Below are positions 38,201 through 49,214 of a stretch of 64,000 nucleotides of DNA, piece after piece. The notes beneath the pieces were generated by a model. The model saw only the letters and a program-made list of their open reading frames with translations, searched no databases and was not told the origin of the DNA. Made by a program: the position numbers and the translations under genes. The DNA is from Tolypothrix carrinoi HA7290-LM1 (GTDB taxonomy: Bacteria; Cyanobacteriota; Cyanobacteriia; Cyanobacteriales; Nostocaceae). The DNA lies in NCBI GenBank assembly GCA_019358935.1, contig JAHHIK010000038.1, positions 1 through 64,000 on the forward strand, written 5' to 3'. Numbering within the stretch: position 1 is the stretch's first letter; the number at the start of each line of letters is the position of its first letter.

Positions 38201-40573
38201 TTATTCATCATCACCATATGGTTCTAGGTCTTGAGACTCCATTTCATTGGATAAGTATATATTTGCTACTTCGCCATTGGAGCCATTCATACCCCTGCCT
38301 GAGGCGATACCATCGCTGCCTACGGTGACTAAATCAATTTGCTGGCGGTAGTAATCGACACTTTTAACTTGCACGGCTACACGATCGCCTAATCTGTAAG
38401 AAGCCCGATTTTTGCGACCAAATAGCGCTTGTTGTCGAGCGCGGTACTCATACCAATCATCTTTAAGCGAGCTAACGTGTACCAATCCTTCAACTCGTAA
38501 AGGCACTCTCACATTACCGCTTTCTTTGTCCTCAACTGCTGGTACTTCAATTTCTACAAAGAAACCGTAAGATTGAACACCTGTAATTACACCGTTGAAA
38601 ACCTCACCAATGCGCTGTTTCATCAAAGAAGCTCTTTGCAACCCGGCTAAATCGGCTTCGGCTTCTTGGACTTCTTTTTCTCTGTCGTTGATTTGGACAA
38701 TTACCCTCGTTAACTCGCTTTGCAGTTCTTGTTGCAATTCTGGGGGTAAAACGTTCCAGTTAATTTCACTGTGGCTTGCAAAGTGACATAAATTAACGCG
38801 CTCTTTCACGCGAGTGTTGCGGCGATCGCGTCCATGTTCCAGTAGTGAATAATACACTCTTTGCATGAGCAAATCTGGATAACGCCGCAACGGTGCAGTA
38901 CAGTGTGTATACTCTGGTAACGCCAAACCAAAGTGAGAGCCAATAGTAGTGCTGTAAGAAGCTGGCTTAAGTGTATCTTGCAACAAGTAAGTCAGAACTT
39001 GTTCTGATGGCGATTCGGCAAAAGCCCTAGTTAATTGTTGATAATCTAAAGGTTGAATATCTACTTCTGCTTCTAGTGACAGTTCCACGCCTAAATTAAT
39101 CGCTAATTTTAGCATTTCCTGCACATCTTCCGAATCGGGTGCGCCTTGCACTCGCCAAATAGCAGGAATGCCTAAAGCGTTTAAATGATTTGCCATCAGT
39201 TGATTAACAAGTAGCACGAATTCTGTTAAGAGCGATCGCACAGGTAAATCATTGACTGCGGCACATCCTAAAATACCTTCATCGTTGTACGGATTTTGGT
39301 TGGGTGGCAGATTTAATTGCAAGCTCCCGCGATTCAGCCGCACTTGTTTGACTGCTTGCTCCAATACTTGCAGCTCTTGCAACATCTGGACTACTTCTTC
39401 CGATCCCTTATTTTTTCCCTTCGTAGATTTACTTACTTTCGCAGTCAAAATTGCTTCTGCTTGTTGTTCGCTGATGTGTTCGTCTACTTTAATGATACCC
39501 TTTTGAATTTCCCAGTCTAAGACTTCTCTTGATTGTGAATCGAAGGTAATTAAAAAAGAGATGCTTAAGCGATCGCTTCCCACAACTAAAGAACAGCGAT
39601 CTGCCACAGCTGACGGTAACATTGGCAGCACAACTTCACCGAGATATACCGACCTACCCCGCTTAATTGCTTCGCGATCGAGAGCTTCATCTGGTAAAAC
39701 GTAGTGACAAACATCGGTAATGTGAAAGCCTAATCGCGAGTGTCCCTGTGGAGTTTTCTCGAAAGTTAAGGCGTTTTCTATTACTTGGGAATCTTTTGTA
39801 CCGCCAATAGTTAGGGTAAATAAATCACGATAATCCTGACGATTTTTTAAATCAGCTTTCAGTAACTTTTTCGGCAACTTAGCGGCAGCATCGCTAACTG
39901 ACTCCGGGAAAGTCCGGGAAAGGTCGTGCTTGCAAGTGACCAAATCGATATCAGCAGCGGCTTCGGCATCACTACCGAGAATTTGCACGACTCGACCGAC
40001 AGGGGGATATTGTGCTAAAGGGTAACGCAAAACTTCGACATGGGCAAGATGGTCGATCGCTTCTTCTAATTTCATCCCACTAGCTAGCAGTTTAAGTTCA
40101 AACAGCAAGCGATCGTCCAGAGGAACGGCACGAAAACCGCTTTCTACTTGCTTAATTCGCGCTAGCAAAGTGTGATTCGAGCGTTCGAGAATTAGCTTCA
40201 CCTCTCCTTCAGGAGAACGGCGCCGACTACCTTCTTTGAGAACTCTAACTAAAACGCGATCGCCATTCCAAGCATTACTCAGATGACTTTCGCGAATATA
40301 AATATCTTCCGCACCTTCGGTATCCTGAATCGCGAAACAAAAGCCTTTACTAGAACAGCGCAGCTTTGCTTCGATGATTCCCTCTTCTGTCATGCGACGA
40401 TATTTGCCGCGTTCTTTTACCAAAAGCCCGACTTTTTCCAGAACTTCTAAAGCAATTTGAAGTTTTTGTAAACTATCTTCATCTTCACAACCAAGTTTTT
40501 TTTCCAAAACTTTCCGAGCTACCAACTTATCATCGGTAAAATTGGCAAGCAATGTAGCGATTGAAAATTCCAT
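38201..40573 (-). CDS. RNase R/II-family protein (cyanobacterial Zam-like)
   Basis: Cold-shock domains, RNB domain (HFGL..Y.H.T.P.RRYPDL), S1 domain (EGLVHVSSL). Confidence 0.9.
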   Translation of the reverse strand: MEFSIATLLANFTDDKLVARKVLEKKLGCEDEDSLQKLQIALEVLEKVGLLVKERGKYRRMTEEGIIEAKLRCSSKGFCFAIQDTEGAEDIYIRESHLSNAWNGDRVLVRVLKEGSRRRSPEGEVKLILERSNHTLLARIKQVESGFRAVPLDDRLLFELKLLASGMKLEEAIDHLAHVEVLRYPLAQYPPVGRVVQILGSDAEAAADIDLVTCKHDLSRTFPESVSDAAAKLPKKLLKADLKNRQDYRDLFTLTIGGTKDSQVIENALTFEKTPQGHSRLGFHITDVCHYVLPDEALDREAIKRGRSVYLGEVVLPMLPSAVADRCSLVVGSDRLSISFLITFDSQSREVLDWEIQKGIIKVDEHISEQQAEAILTAKVSKSTKGKNKGSEEVVQMLQELQVLEQAVKQVRLNRGSLQLNLPPNQNPYNDEGILGCAAVNDLPVRSLLTEFVLLVNQLMANHLNALGIPAIWRVQGAPDSEDVQEMLKLAINLGVELSLEAEVDIQPLDYQQLTRAFAESPSEQVLTYLLQDTLKPASYSTTIGSHFGLALPEYTHCTAPLRRYPDLLMQRVYYSLLEHGRDRRNTRVKERVNLCHFASHSEINWNVLPPELQQELQSELTRVIVQINDREKEVQEAEADLAGLQRASLMKQRIGEVFNGVITGVQSYGFFVEIEVPAVEDKESGNVRVPLRVEGLVHVSSLKDDWYEYRARQQALFGRKNRASYRLGDRVAVQVKSVDYYRQQIDLVTVGSDGIASGRGMNGSNGEVANIYLSNEMESQDLEPYGDDE

Positions 40574-41377
40574 GCAGTGAACCGACCTTTGGTCAAAACA
40601 TCATTATTAGAAGACACTTTCGTGGAGAGAGAAGCACAATGAGCCAGTACTTTGTTGGAGGTTTAGCCCTACCTCCAACACAGACAAAAAAGCGACTCTC
40701 GGACTTCTCACCCCACGACACTTTCAGAGTTCACTACGAAAAACACCTTTCACCCAGCTAATCTTAACAAAGCACGCCTGATTGAAAATTCACCCACTAG
40801 GTAATGTTTGCGACGGGTTTTTGAGAGACTTTGTTTATAAAACTCACTAATTCCAGTCTAAAAGCGCTATGCAGGGAAAACAGCAGGTGTTTGATTGTCT
40901 AGATTTCAGGTACTTTTACGGCATTAGACTCTGATTTTAACTAGGAGAAACTGCCGGCAGACCCAATTGTCCCATATGTAGAATCGGTAACAACTAGGTT
41001 AGCAGCGAAACCGCTCAGTCAGGAAGAACCATTACTTCATTATTGTAGATTTAGAGCGTACTTCTGTGAAAGTAGTTCTGCATATCGGATTGGGTAATTA
41101 GTATAGCATTGAAGGTAAGACCACGTAGAGTTAGCCGCAAGTAGTGAAAAAGTTGTTCGCAAACAGCTATTGCTACAATCGGTACAAGCGATCGAGATAT
41201 ATCAGGCTGTTTCATTTAAAAGAGTGAAAACTACTTGACTAAAGAAATATGAAGGATAAAGGATGAAAAAATAAATCCGTACAATTTCAAGCTGCACAAA
41301 ACTTCTGTGAAGTCTTAACTTCATCCTTTATCCTTTAGATGAGCGTTGTTTAATGAATTTAGATTGGTGAAAGTATT

Positions 41378-42166
41378 ATGTTGGCTCAATTCCAGAGCTT
41401 GTATCCCAACGGCAGTCTTACTTCTGAATTAGTGCAAATTTGGAGCGGAAAATATATTGTCCGGGCAAGCGTACACATTGAAGGTGTAATTCGTGCTACC
41501 GGTATGGCAGCAGCAGAAACAGTCGAAGCAGCAGAAGATCAAGCAAGAAATCGAGCGCTGATGGTTTTGGGTATGACAACCTCATCGTCGGAATCGACAG
41601 TATCTCCGAAATCAATACCGCAGGTGCAGCCCAACCCTCATCCTGCTGTAAATTCTGTAGAACAAACACAAGCGATCGCTTTTGAACAAACTCCACCACC
41701 AGTTAACGTACCCACTACACAACCAGAGGTGACTTCTTTAAGCGACACTTACAACCAAGACTATGAGCCTCGCTTTGCGATGACTAGCAACCGAGAGCCA
41801 GAATTTGATATACCGATGCAAAATTGGGCTATGCTGGACGACAGCGGCGAACCTGAAGAGAATCCGTTACCAACGCCTGCTGCTAGTAACGTTAGACAAT
41901 TTGCGCCCCGCAATTATACTCAAGAAGATGCAGGTAGTCCGAAAGCGATAGGAAAGAAAAGTAACAAGAGTGAACCTGTAGATCACTCGGATACAATCAC
42001 TAAAATCGATATTGAAATGCAGCGCTTAGGCTGGACGACAGACAAAGGACGGGAACATCTCAAACAAACCTACAACAAGCGAGCTCGTAGTTTACTCGAC
42101 CCAGAAGAATTACTGGACTTTCTCAGATACTTAGAATTGCAACCAGATCCGATAGCGGGATTTTAA
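41378..42166 (+). CDS. Conserved cyanobacterial hypothetical protein
   Basis: Folded N- and C-terminal domains (ATG.AAA..VE.AED.AR.RAL; RLGWT..GR..L..TY.KR.R) joined by a disordered linker. Confidence 0.75.
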   Translation: MLAQFQSLYPNGSLTSELVQIWSGKYIVRASVHIEGVIRATGMAAAETVEAAEDQARNRALMVLGMTTSSSESTVSPKSIPQVQPNPHPAVNSVEQTQAIAFEQTPPPVNVPTTQPEVTSLSDTYNQDYEPRFAMTSNREPEFDIPMQNWAMLDDSGEPEENPLPTPAASNVRQFAPRNYTQEDAGSPKAIGKKSNKSEPVDHSDTITKIDIEMQRLGWTTDKGREHLKQTYNKRARSLLDPEELLDFLRYLELQPDPIAGF

Positions 42167-42222
42167 TTAGTTGTTTTTGTAGTCAGCGCTGTACTCGCTG
42201 AAGCGCTGACTACACAAAAGCT

Positions 42223-42837
42223 CTAATTGCTATCGACAACAGCCATCGGACGGCTTCCAGCGGCGTGACGGTCAATCACAGAGTCAATTAAGCCATAGTT
42301 CTTGGCTTCTTCTGGCGACATGAAGAAGTCCCGTTCGGTATCTTCAGCAATACGCTCAAGCGGCTGACCTGTGTGATCGGCTAAATACTCATTTAGCTTG
42401 CGCTTGTGGTATAAAATTTCGCGTGCTTGAATTTCAATATCAGTGGCTTGTCCTTGAGCGCCACCGAGAGGTTGGTGAATCATAATCCGAGAATGGGGTA
42501 GACTCATCCGCTTACCCTTAGCACCCGCGCTGAGAAGAAAAGCACCCATACTCGCAGCTAATCCGGTACAAATTGTACAGACATCTGGGCGGATGTGCTT
42601 CATAGTATCAAATATGCCCATACCAGCTGTCACCGAACCACCCGGAGAATTAACGTACATATAAATGTCCTTCTCCGCATCTTCAGCATCTAAAAACAGC
42701 AGTTGAGCAACAATCAAGTTGGCTAGATTGCTATCAATTTGTTGTCCCAAAAAGATGATGCGCTCACGTAACAGCCGTGAGTAGATATCAAAGGCGCGTT
42801 CGCCCCGACCCGATTGTTCAATAACGATAGGAATCAT
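42223..42837 (-). CDS. clpP: ATP-dependent Clp protease proteolytic subunit
   Basis: DIYSRLL, NSPGGSV, GLAASMG, IMIHQP. Confidence 0.97.
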   Translation of the reverse strand: MIPIVIEQSGRGERAFDIYSRLLRERIIFLGQQIDSNLANLIVAQLLFLDAEDAEKDIYMYVNSPGGSVTAGMGIFDTMKHIRPDVCTICTGLAASMGAFLLSAGAKGKRMSLPHSRIMIHQPLGGAQGQATDIEIQAREILYHKRKLNEYLADHTGQPLERIAEDTERDFFMSPEEAKNYGLIDSVIDRHAAGSRPMAVVDSN

Positions 42838-43232
42838 AAGCGCGTACTTGCAGCTATTTTAAATACATTTTATCGATTACAGCCGTTGATTGGTTTCGGT
42901 AATTACTCCCGGTGGGGATGGGGAGTAGGGGAGGGGGAGAGGGAGAGGGGGGGACAAGGGGGACAAGGGGGAGCAGGGAGCAGGGGAATTTTTCCCCAAT
43001 GCCCAATGCCCAATGCCCAATGCCCAATGCCCAATGCCCCATGACGCGGCTATGCTTCAAGTCGGCAGAGCCGACGGCAGGTGCTACAACGGGGGGAAAA
43101 TACGCAACGCACTGCCTCCCCAACGCACTGGCTCCCCCATGCCCCATGCCCAATGCCCGATGCCCAATGCCCAATGCCCAATGCCCAATGCCCAATGCCC
43201 AATGCCCCATTCGCCATTTCTACTAACAATCA

Positions 43233-43260
43233 TCCGGATAGATATGCCTAAAGCTGTAAA
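43233..43260 (+). promoter_or_regulatory. Candidate DIF1-type (TCCGGA) promoter
   Basis: TCCGGA-N17-GTAAA upstream of the small ORF at 43336. Confidence 0.3.
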
Positions 43261-43335
43261 TCGATAGTACGAGGTGCAATCGGGTTAATCAACTCTACTA
43301 CAATTGCCATCCACCCGAAGACACAGGAGACTACC

Positions 43336-43491
43336 ATGTTAGAAAAACTTTTGCAAGCCGCTATCATCACGTTTCTACTTCATTTGTTAGCGGGACTTAA
43401 CCAAAATACTTCTATTCATACTAAAACAGAATCATCTTTAAATACTTTGCCAGTGCCTATGGTTAGCTGGGTATTTCGCTCTCTGCCATAA
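43336..43491 (+). CDS. Unannotated 51-aa protein with hydrophobic N-terminus (MLEKLLQAAIITFLLHLLAG...)
   Basis: AGGAG RBS, ATG, signal/TM-like N-terminus. Confidence 0.55.
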   Translation: MLEKLLQAAIITFLLHLLAGLNQNTSIHTKTESSLNTLPVPMVSWVFRSLP

Positions 43492-43666
43492 ATGTATAGT
43501 ATTTGACAAATTGTCGAGGAATAAGCCGATCGCACTTTTTCACTCATTAAGTGTATCTGGAGTTTTCTAGAGGTTACACCCCAGTAGGATTATGAAATAT
43601 TTATCCGGAAAGTGAAATAGTATTAGACTGAGCAAAGAAGGTAATGTAACTACCGCTCTTTGAATC

Positions 43667-45742
43667 ATGACGAATCGTCTTGCTCAAGCCAAGAGTCTCT
43701 ACCTCCGCAAACACAGCGAAAACCCCATCGATTGGTGGAGTTGGTGTGATGAAGCGCTTTTAACTGCAAAAACGCAAAATAAGCCGATTTTTCTCTCGAT
43801 TGGCTACTCTAGCTGTCACTGGTGTACTGTGATGGAAGGTGAAGCGTTTTCAGACTTGGCGATCGCCGAATACATGAACGCTAATTTTCTCCCAATTAAA
43901 GTAGACCGCGAAGAAAGACCCGACATCGACAGCATTTATATGCAGTCTTTGCAGATGATGAGTAATGGTCAAGGAGGCTGGCCCTTAAATGTCTTTCTTT
44001 CTCCAGAAGATTTAGTACCGTTTTATGCTGGTACTTATTTCCCTGTTGAACCGCGCTTCGGTCGTCCTGGCTTTTTACAAGTTTTGCAAGCGCTGCGCCG
44101 CTATTATGATACCGAAAAAGATGATTTGCGTCAACGCAAAGCGGTAATTTTAGAGTCGCTGCTCAGTTCTGCGGTTTTGCAATTAGATGACGCAACCGCA
44201 CAAGATGATGAATTATTACGCCAAGGCTGGGAAACTAGCACGGTTATAATTACTTCGGATCAACAAGGTAATCGCTTCCCGATGATTCCCTATGCGGAAT
44301 TAGCGCTACGGGGAACTAGATTTACTTCTTCTGATGCGGGGCAACAGCAATCAAGGTACAATGGCAAGCAAGTTTGTACTCAGCGTGGACTAGATTTAGC
44401 ATTAGGCGGTATTTTCGATCATGTAGGTGGTGGCTTTCACCGTTACACGGTTGATTCTACTTGGACTGTACCGCATTTTGAAAAGATGCTTTACGACAAT
44501 GGTCAGATTGTCGAATATCTGGCATCTTTGTGGAGTATGGGGGTACAAGAGCCGGCTTTTGAAAGAGCGATCGCTTTAACTGTAAAATGGTTAAGTCGGG
44601 AAATGACTGCTCCTGAAGGTTACTTCTTTGCAGCTCAAGATGCTGACAGTTTTACAACCGCAGCTGAAGCTGAACCAGAGGAAGGCGCCTTTTACATCTG
44701 GAGTTACAAAGAATTACAGGAATTGCTGACTGCTCTTGAACTAACGGAATTACAACAGCACTTCAGTGTAACGCCTAACGGTAACTTTGAAGGTAACAAT
44801 GTGTTGCAAAGGCGTTATGCAAAAGAATTAAGTGATACCACTAAAGATGCACTCGAAAAGCTTTTTGTTGCTCGCTACGGTGCAACATCTAATGAACTTA
44901 AAACTTTTCCTCCTGCCCGCAACAACCACGAAGCAAAAACGGTAAACTGGCTTGAACGTATTCCCGCAGTCACAGATACAAAGATGATTGTCGCTTGGAA
45001 TAGCTTGATGATTTCTGGTTTGGCAGTAGCTTATAGAGTATTTCAACAACCTGATTATTTAGAATTAGCAACACGAGCGGCAAACTTTATCTTGGATAAT
45101 CAGTTTGTGGATGGACGTTTCCATCGACTAAATTACCAATTGTCTCCGAGCGTGTTAGCTCAATCTGAAGATTACGCCTTTTTTATCAAAGCGTTATTGG
45201 ATTTACAAGTTAGTTCACCCAATCAAACGTTTTGGTTAGAAAAAGCGATCACTCTCCAAGATGAATTTGACGAATTTCTTTTAAGTGTGGAATTAGGTGG
45301 GTATTATAACACATCTAAAGATGCAAGTCAAGATTTAATTGTGCGGGAACGCAGTTATGTAGATAACGCTACACCGTCAGCGAATGGAATAGCGATCGCT
45401 AATCTTGTGCGTCTGGCGCTTTTGACGGATAATTTGCATTATCTCGATTTAGCTGAACAAGGGTTAAAAGCTTTTCGAGCCGTAATGAGTCGTTCTCCTC
45501 AAGCTTGTCCGAGTTTGTTTGCGGCTTTGGATTGGTATCGTAACTCAACTTTGATTCGCACCACAAGCGAGCAGATAAATCTGCTTATTCCTAAATATTT
45601 GCCTACGGCTGTGTTTACCACTGTATCTAAATTACCAGAGCGTAGTGTAGGATTAGTTTGCCAAGGTTTGAAATGTCTGCCAGCAGCTGAAAGTATCGAG
45701 CAGTTATTGCAGCAAGTGCAGCAAAGTCAGACGCGGGGATAA
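43667..45742 (+). CDS. Thioredoxin-domain protein (YyaL/DUF255 family)
   Basis: NRL....S.YL..H..NP.DW, CHWC.VM, GGWPL, PHFEKMLYDN. Confidence 0.92.
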   Translation: MTNRLAQAKSLYLRKHSENPIDWWSWCDEALLTAKTQNKPIFLSIGYSSCHWCTVMEGEAFSDLAIAEYMNANFLPIKVDREERPDIDSIYMQSLQMMSNGQGGWPLNVFLSPEDLVPFYAGTYFPVEPRFGRPGFLQVLQALRRYYDTEKDDLRQRKAVILESLLSSAVLQLDDATAQDDELLRQGWETSTVIITSDQQGNRFPMIPYAELALRGTRFTSSDAGQQQSRYNGKQVCTQRGLDLALGGIFDHVGGGFHRYTVDSTWTVPHFEKMLYDNGQIVEYLASLWSMGVQEPAFERAIALTVKWLSREMTAPEGYFFAAQDADSFTTAAEAEPEEGAFYIWSYKELQELLTALELTELQQHFSVTPNGNFEGNNVLQRRYAKELSDTTKDALEKLFVARYGATSNELKTFPPARNNHEAKTVNWLERIPAVTDTKMIVAWNSLMISGLAVAYRVFQQPDYLELATRAANFILDNQFVDGRFHRLNYQLSPSVLAQSEDYAFFIKALLDLQVSSPNQTFWLEKAITLQDEFDEFLLSVELGGYYNTSKDASQDLIVRERSYVDNATPSANGIAIANLVRLALLTDNLHYLDLAEQGLKAFRAVMSRSPQACPSLFAALDWYRNSTLIRTTSEQINLLIPKYLPTAVFTTVSKLPERSVGLVCQGLKCLPAAESIEQLLQQVQQSQTRG

Positions 45743-45752
45743 TGTTTTAAGC

Positions 45753-46139
45753 ATGAAACAACCCATACTAGGAAAAATCAGCCCGATAATTCCTGCTGGT
45801 AGCGATATGGAAAAAGCGATCGCTTTCTACGAACAACAGCTGGGCTTTACAACAATATATCAAGAAGGCGAGCCAGTGACGATGGCGATCGTCAAACGTG
45901 ACTCTGTAGAAATTTTTCTGCAAAAGAATGATGATAAACACTTGGCAGAATGGACAACCTTTCGTATCCAAGTTGATGGTATAGAGCAACTTTATCAGGA
46001 ATTGCAAACGAATGGTGGACAAATGATTCATCCCAATGGATTTCTAGAAATAAAACCTTGGGGAACGAAGGAGTTTGCAATTCTTGATGTCGCTGGTGTG
46101 TGTATTACGTTTTATGAATCTGTAGCTAATGGTATTTGA
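45753..46139 (+). CDS. VOC/glyoxalase (bleomycin resistance) family protein
   Basis: AIAFYEQQLGF; PWGTKEF...D. Confidence 0.85.
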   Translation: MKQPILGKISPIIPAGSDMEKAIAFYEQQLGFTTIYQEGEPVTMAIVKRDSVEIFLQKNDDKHLAEWTTFRIQVDGIEQLYQELQTNGGQMIHPNGFLEIKPWGTKEFAILDVAGVCITFYESVANGI

Positions 46140-46479
46140 AAATACACCTTATAACTTTAGTTATCGTTAATTGTTACAAAGAAAGGCAGATAGCTAGTGG
46201 TGCGTTAAACTTCGTTAGAACGCACCATTAATGGTACTTGGTGCGTTAGCCTTCGGCATAACACACCCTACAATTTAAATTTATAAAGGGTAATTTGGGC
46301 AACCCGAAAAACTCATGCAATGGAAAATTAGTGATAGGAATGCTGATAACTAAGTAGAGCTTTACGTAAAATCGTAGCGACTTAAAGGAGGAAATTTAAA
46401 CGCAGAGGAGCGCGAAGGTAAGCGCAAAGTGACGCGGAGTTATTGTTACGAATTTGTGCAATTTTGTTGTATTAAACAT

Positions 46480-46731
46480 GGTTTGAAGGATTGCCGTGTA
46501 ACCCAAATCGACAAGCCAAACTTCTCCCTTGTTCGGGACTACTCATAATCAGATTCTTGCTTGTCTAACTCTAAAAAAAGTTCTTCAGCATTCCAGACTA
46601 AATCTTCATCTGATAAAGGTGGAAAGTCTAATTGAATAACACGTTTCAAAATCTCTAAGGCAATTTCCAGCCTTTGGTGATTCAGTCAGACTATCAAAGG
46701 TACTTAAAAGTTATTGTGATGAACCAGTCAT
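46480..46731 (-). pseudogene. Decayed antitoxin followed by the 5' remnant of a PemK/MazF toxin
   Basis: Antitoxin-like frame (LDFPPLSDEDLVWNAEELFLELD) with an early stop and frameshift, overlapping a frameshifted start leading to GEVWLVDLGY. Confidence 0.6.
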
Positions 46732-46818
46732 AGCTACTTTTTTCAGATACTCTTAAAGGATAATATAACGTGAGTTCAATGCTCATGATTTAACCTTCTC
46801 GGTATTCTTGGTAGACTG

Positions 46819-47403
46819 ATGACGAACCGTAGCGAATTAACTGCGATAATCTTAGCTGGCGGAAAAAGTTCTCGCATGGGTGAGGATAAGGCTTTGATTT
46901 TGATTCAAGGTGTGCCGTTATTGCAAAGAATTTATAATATCGCTGAAGATTGTGCGGATATAGTTTATGTTGTCACACCTTGGGAAGAACGCTATCAACA
47001 CATATTACCGTCTAACTGCCAGTTTATAAAAGAAGCGCCTTTATCTAATGGACCGTTAGTCGGATTTGCTCAAGGACTAGCGCAAGTACAAACAGATTGG
47101 GTATTATTGCTAGCGTGCGATTTGCCGAATTTGCGAGTTGAAGTTTTGCAAGAATGGGCTAATCAACTTGATGATGTAACAACGGATGCGATCGCCGCTT
47201 TAGCGCATCATGTTAAAGGATGGGAACCGTTATGTGGTTTTTATCGCCGCAGTTGTTTAGCAGACTTAAATGAGTATATCAATCAAGGCGGGCGATCGTT
47301 TCAGTCATGGCTCAATCAACATTCCGTGCAACTTTTACCCGTAACAGAACCGGGAATGCTATTTAACTGCAATACACCAGAGGATTTAGCTAATTTAAAT
47401 TAA
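46819..47403 (+). CDS. mobA: Molybdenum cofactor guanylyltransferase
   Basis: ILAGGKSSRMG.DKA, GPL.G, ACDLP, N.NTPED. Confidence 0.93.
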   Translation: MTNRSELTAIILAGGKSSRMGEDKALILIQGVPLLQRIYNIAEDCADIVYVVTPWEERYQHILPSNCQFIKEAPLSNGPLVGFAQGLAQVQTDWVLLLACDLPNLRVEVLQEWANQLDDVTTDAIAALAHHVKGWEPLCGFYRRSCLADLNEYINQGGRSFQSWLNQHSVQLLPVTEPGMLFNCNTPEDLANLN

Positions 47404-47541
47404 GTTCATATATAGCAGTCCTAAATGAGTTGTAAAACACCTCTCCCTTGTCTCCCTTATCTCCCTTGTCTCCCTTGTCTCCCTTGTCTCCCTATCTCCC
47501 TTATCTCCCTTGTCTCCCTTGTCTCCCTTGTCTATCCTTTT

Positions 47542-49077
47542 TCACTTACTTTGTTTTTTAACAGGATTAAGCGATCGCTCCCAGCGATTAAACGCTTGGG
47601 AAAAAAACAGCGTCAGAAATAAATAAACCAAGGCAACAGTAGCGTAAGTCTCAAAGGAACGATAGTTTTCCGCTACAATCAGCTGCCCCTTGCGGAATAA
47701 CTCTTCAAAGCCGATGATAGCAACTAAGCTAGTGTCTTTAAGCAGGCTAATGAACTGATTGCCGAGTGGTGGCAGCATCCGTCGCAGGGCTTGAGGAAAG
47801 ATTACATAGCGCATCGTTTGCACTGAACTCAAGCCCAGCGATTGGGAGGCTTCTGCTTGCCCCGGATCAATTGATTGGATACCTGCGCGGACAATTTCCG
47901 CAATGTAAGCAGCGCTATTGAGACTCAATGCAATCACCGCTGCTGCTAGACGATTTAAGTTCAAGGTGAAACCAAAATTTTGGCTAAAAGCAGGCAACCC
48001 AAAGTAAATCATAAAAATCTGCACCAGCAACGGTGTTCCCCGGAAGAAATCGACATATGCTCTGGCACAAAAACGCAAAAGTGCAATACGAGAAAGCCGA
48101 ACAATTCCAATCAGTGAACCCCCGACTATTCCCAGCAATACTGAGAGTGTTGTGAGTTCAAGAGTCACCAAAGCCCCATCTAGCAAGACGGGTAGTGACT
48201 TCAAGATAATGTTTAATGAGGTAAATAACTCAGATACGCCTTTTTTAGGAATCTCGTTTTCAATCGCCGATTTTTCTGGTAATTGTGGCGGTTGAGTACC
48301 AAACCACTTTTGGTAAATTTTAGCGTAAGTGCCATTTTTCAGCACCGTTGCCAGACCTTGGTTAATCAAGTCTAGGTTGGGCGATCCTTTAGGTGTGGGA
48401 ATGCCGTAAAATTCTTCTGTCAGCAGACTGCTGACTACTTTGAGTCGCTTCAGGTTGCCACTCTTTATGCCGTATAAGATAACAACTTGATCGTTAAGAA
48501 CGGCATCGACATTACCGTTGATTAATGCTTGAAGAGTTAAGGGTGAATCATTAAAAGTGCGAATTTCCGCTCCGGGAATATTTTTAGCTTTGAGTGCGCC
48601 GGTTGTTCCAATTTGCACACCAATAATCTTGTTTTTAAGACTATCGAAATTGGTAATATTTTGATTGTCTGTGCGGGTGGCGATCGCTACCCCAGATTTG
48701 AAGTAAGGACGCGAGAAGGAAATTATCTTCACCCGTTCGGCAGTAATCGTCATCGCTGCAACTGCCGCATCTACAGTTTGCGTCTGCAATGCGGGAATCA
48801 TACCAGCAAAAGGCATATTTTGATACTTAACTTTAAAGCCAGCTTTGTCAGCGATCGCCTGAATCAAGTCAACGTCAAAGCCTTGCAACTCACCAGTTGC
48901 AGATTGAAACTCGAAAGGGGGAAACGTTGGTTCTACTGCAACTGTAAGTGTTTTACCAGCAGTGGAACCGTTCGTGAAACTACAACCTGAAAGCAGAAAT
49001 AGACAGCTTAAGCCAAGAACTAGCCAACGGATAACAGTCAACCTTTGCATATTTTTTAGACTTTTTTTCCGTTTCAT
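47542..49077 (-). CDS. Polar amino-acid ABC transporter, fused substrate-binding + permease protein
   Basis: Lipobox LSGC, PPFEF/GFDVD SBP family-3 domain, RGTPLLVQ, AYIAEIVRAGI. Confidence 0.92.
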   Translation of the reverse strand: MKRKKSLKNMQRLTVIRWLVLGLSCLFLLSGCSFTNGSTAGKTLTVAVEPTFPPFEFQSATGELQGFDVDLIQAIADKAGFKVKYQNMPFAGMIPALQTQTVDAAVAAMTITAERVKIISFSRPYFKSGVAIATRTDNQNITNFDSLKNKIIGVQIGTTGALKAKNIPGAEIRTFNDSPLTLQALINGNVDAVLNDQVVILYGIKSGNLKRLKVVSSLLTEEFYGIPTPKGSPNLDLINQGLATVLKNGTYAKIYQKWFGTQPPQLPEKSAIENEIPKKGVSELFTSLNIILKSLPVLLDGALVTLELTTLSVLLGIVGGSLIGIVRLSRIALLRFCARAYVDFFRGTPLLVQIFMIYFGLPAFSQNFGFTLNLNRLAAAVIALSLNSAAYIAEIVRAGIQSIDPGQAEASQSLGLSSVQTMRYVIFPQALRRMLPPLGNQFISLLKDTSLVAIIGFEELFRKGQLIVAENYRSFETYATVALVYLFLTLFFSQAFNRWERSLNPVKKQSK

Positions 49078-49214
49078 TTCCAGGATAATTGCTCATCGCT
49101 TCAGGTGATGAATTTCCACAAGAACAAATCGTATAACAAATTTAGGGGCTTGAAACCTTTTAGCACTTTAATTATAAATCCCCCCCGCTAAGAGCTTTCT
49201 GCACAAGGTGCTTC

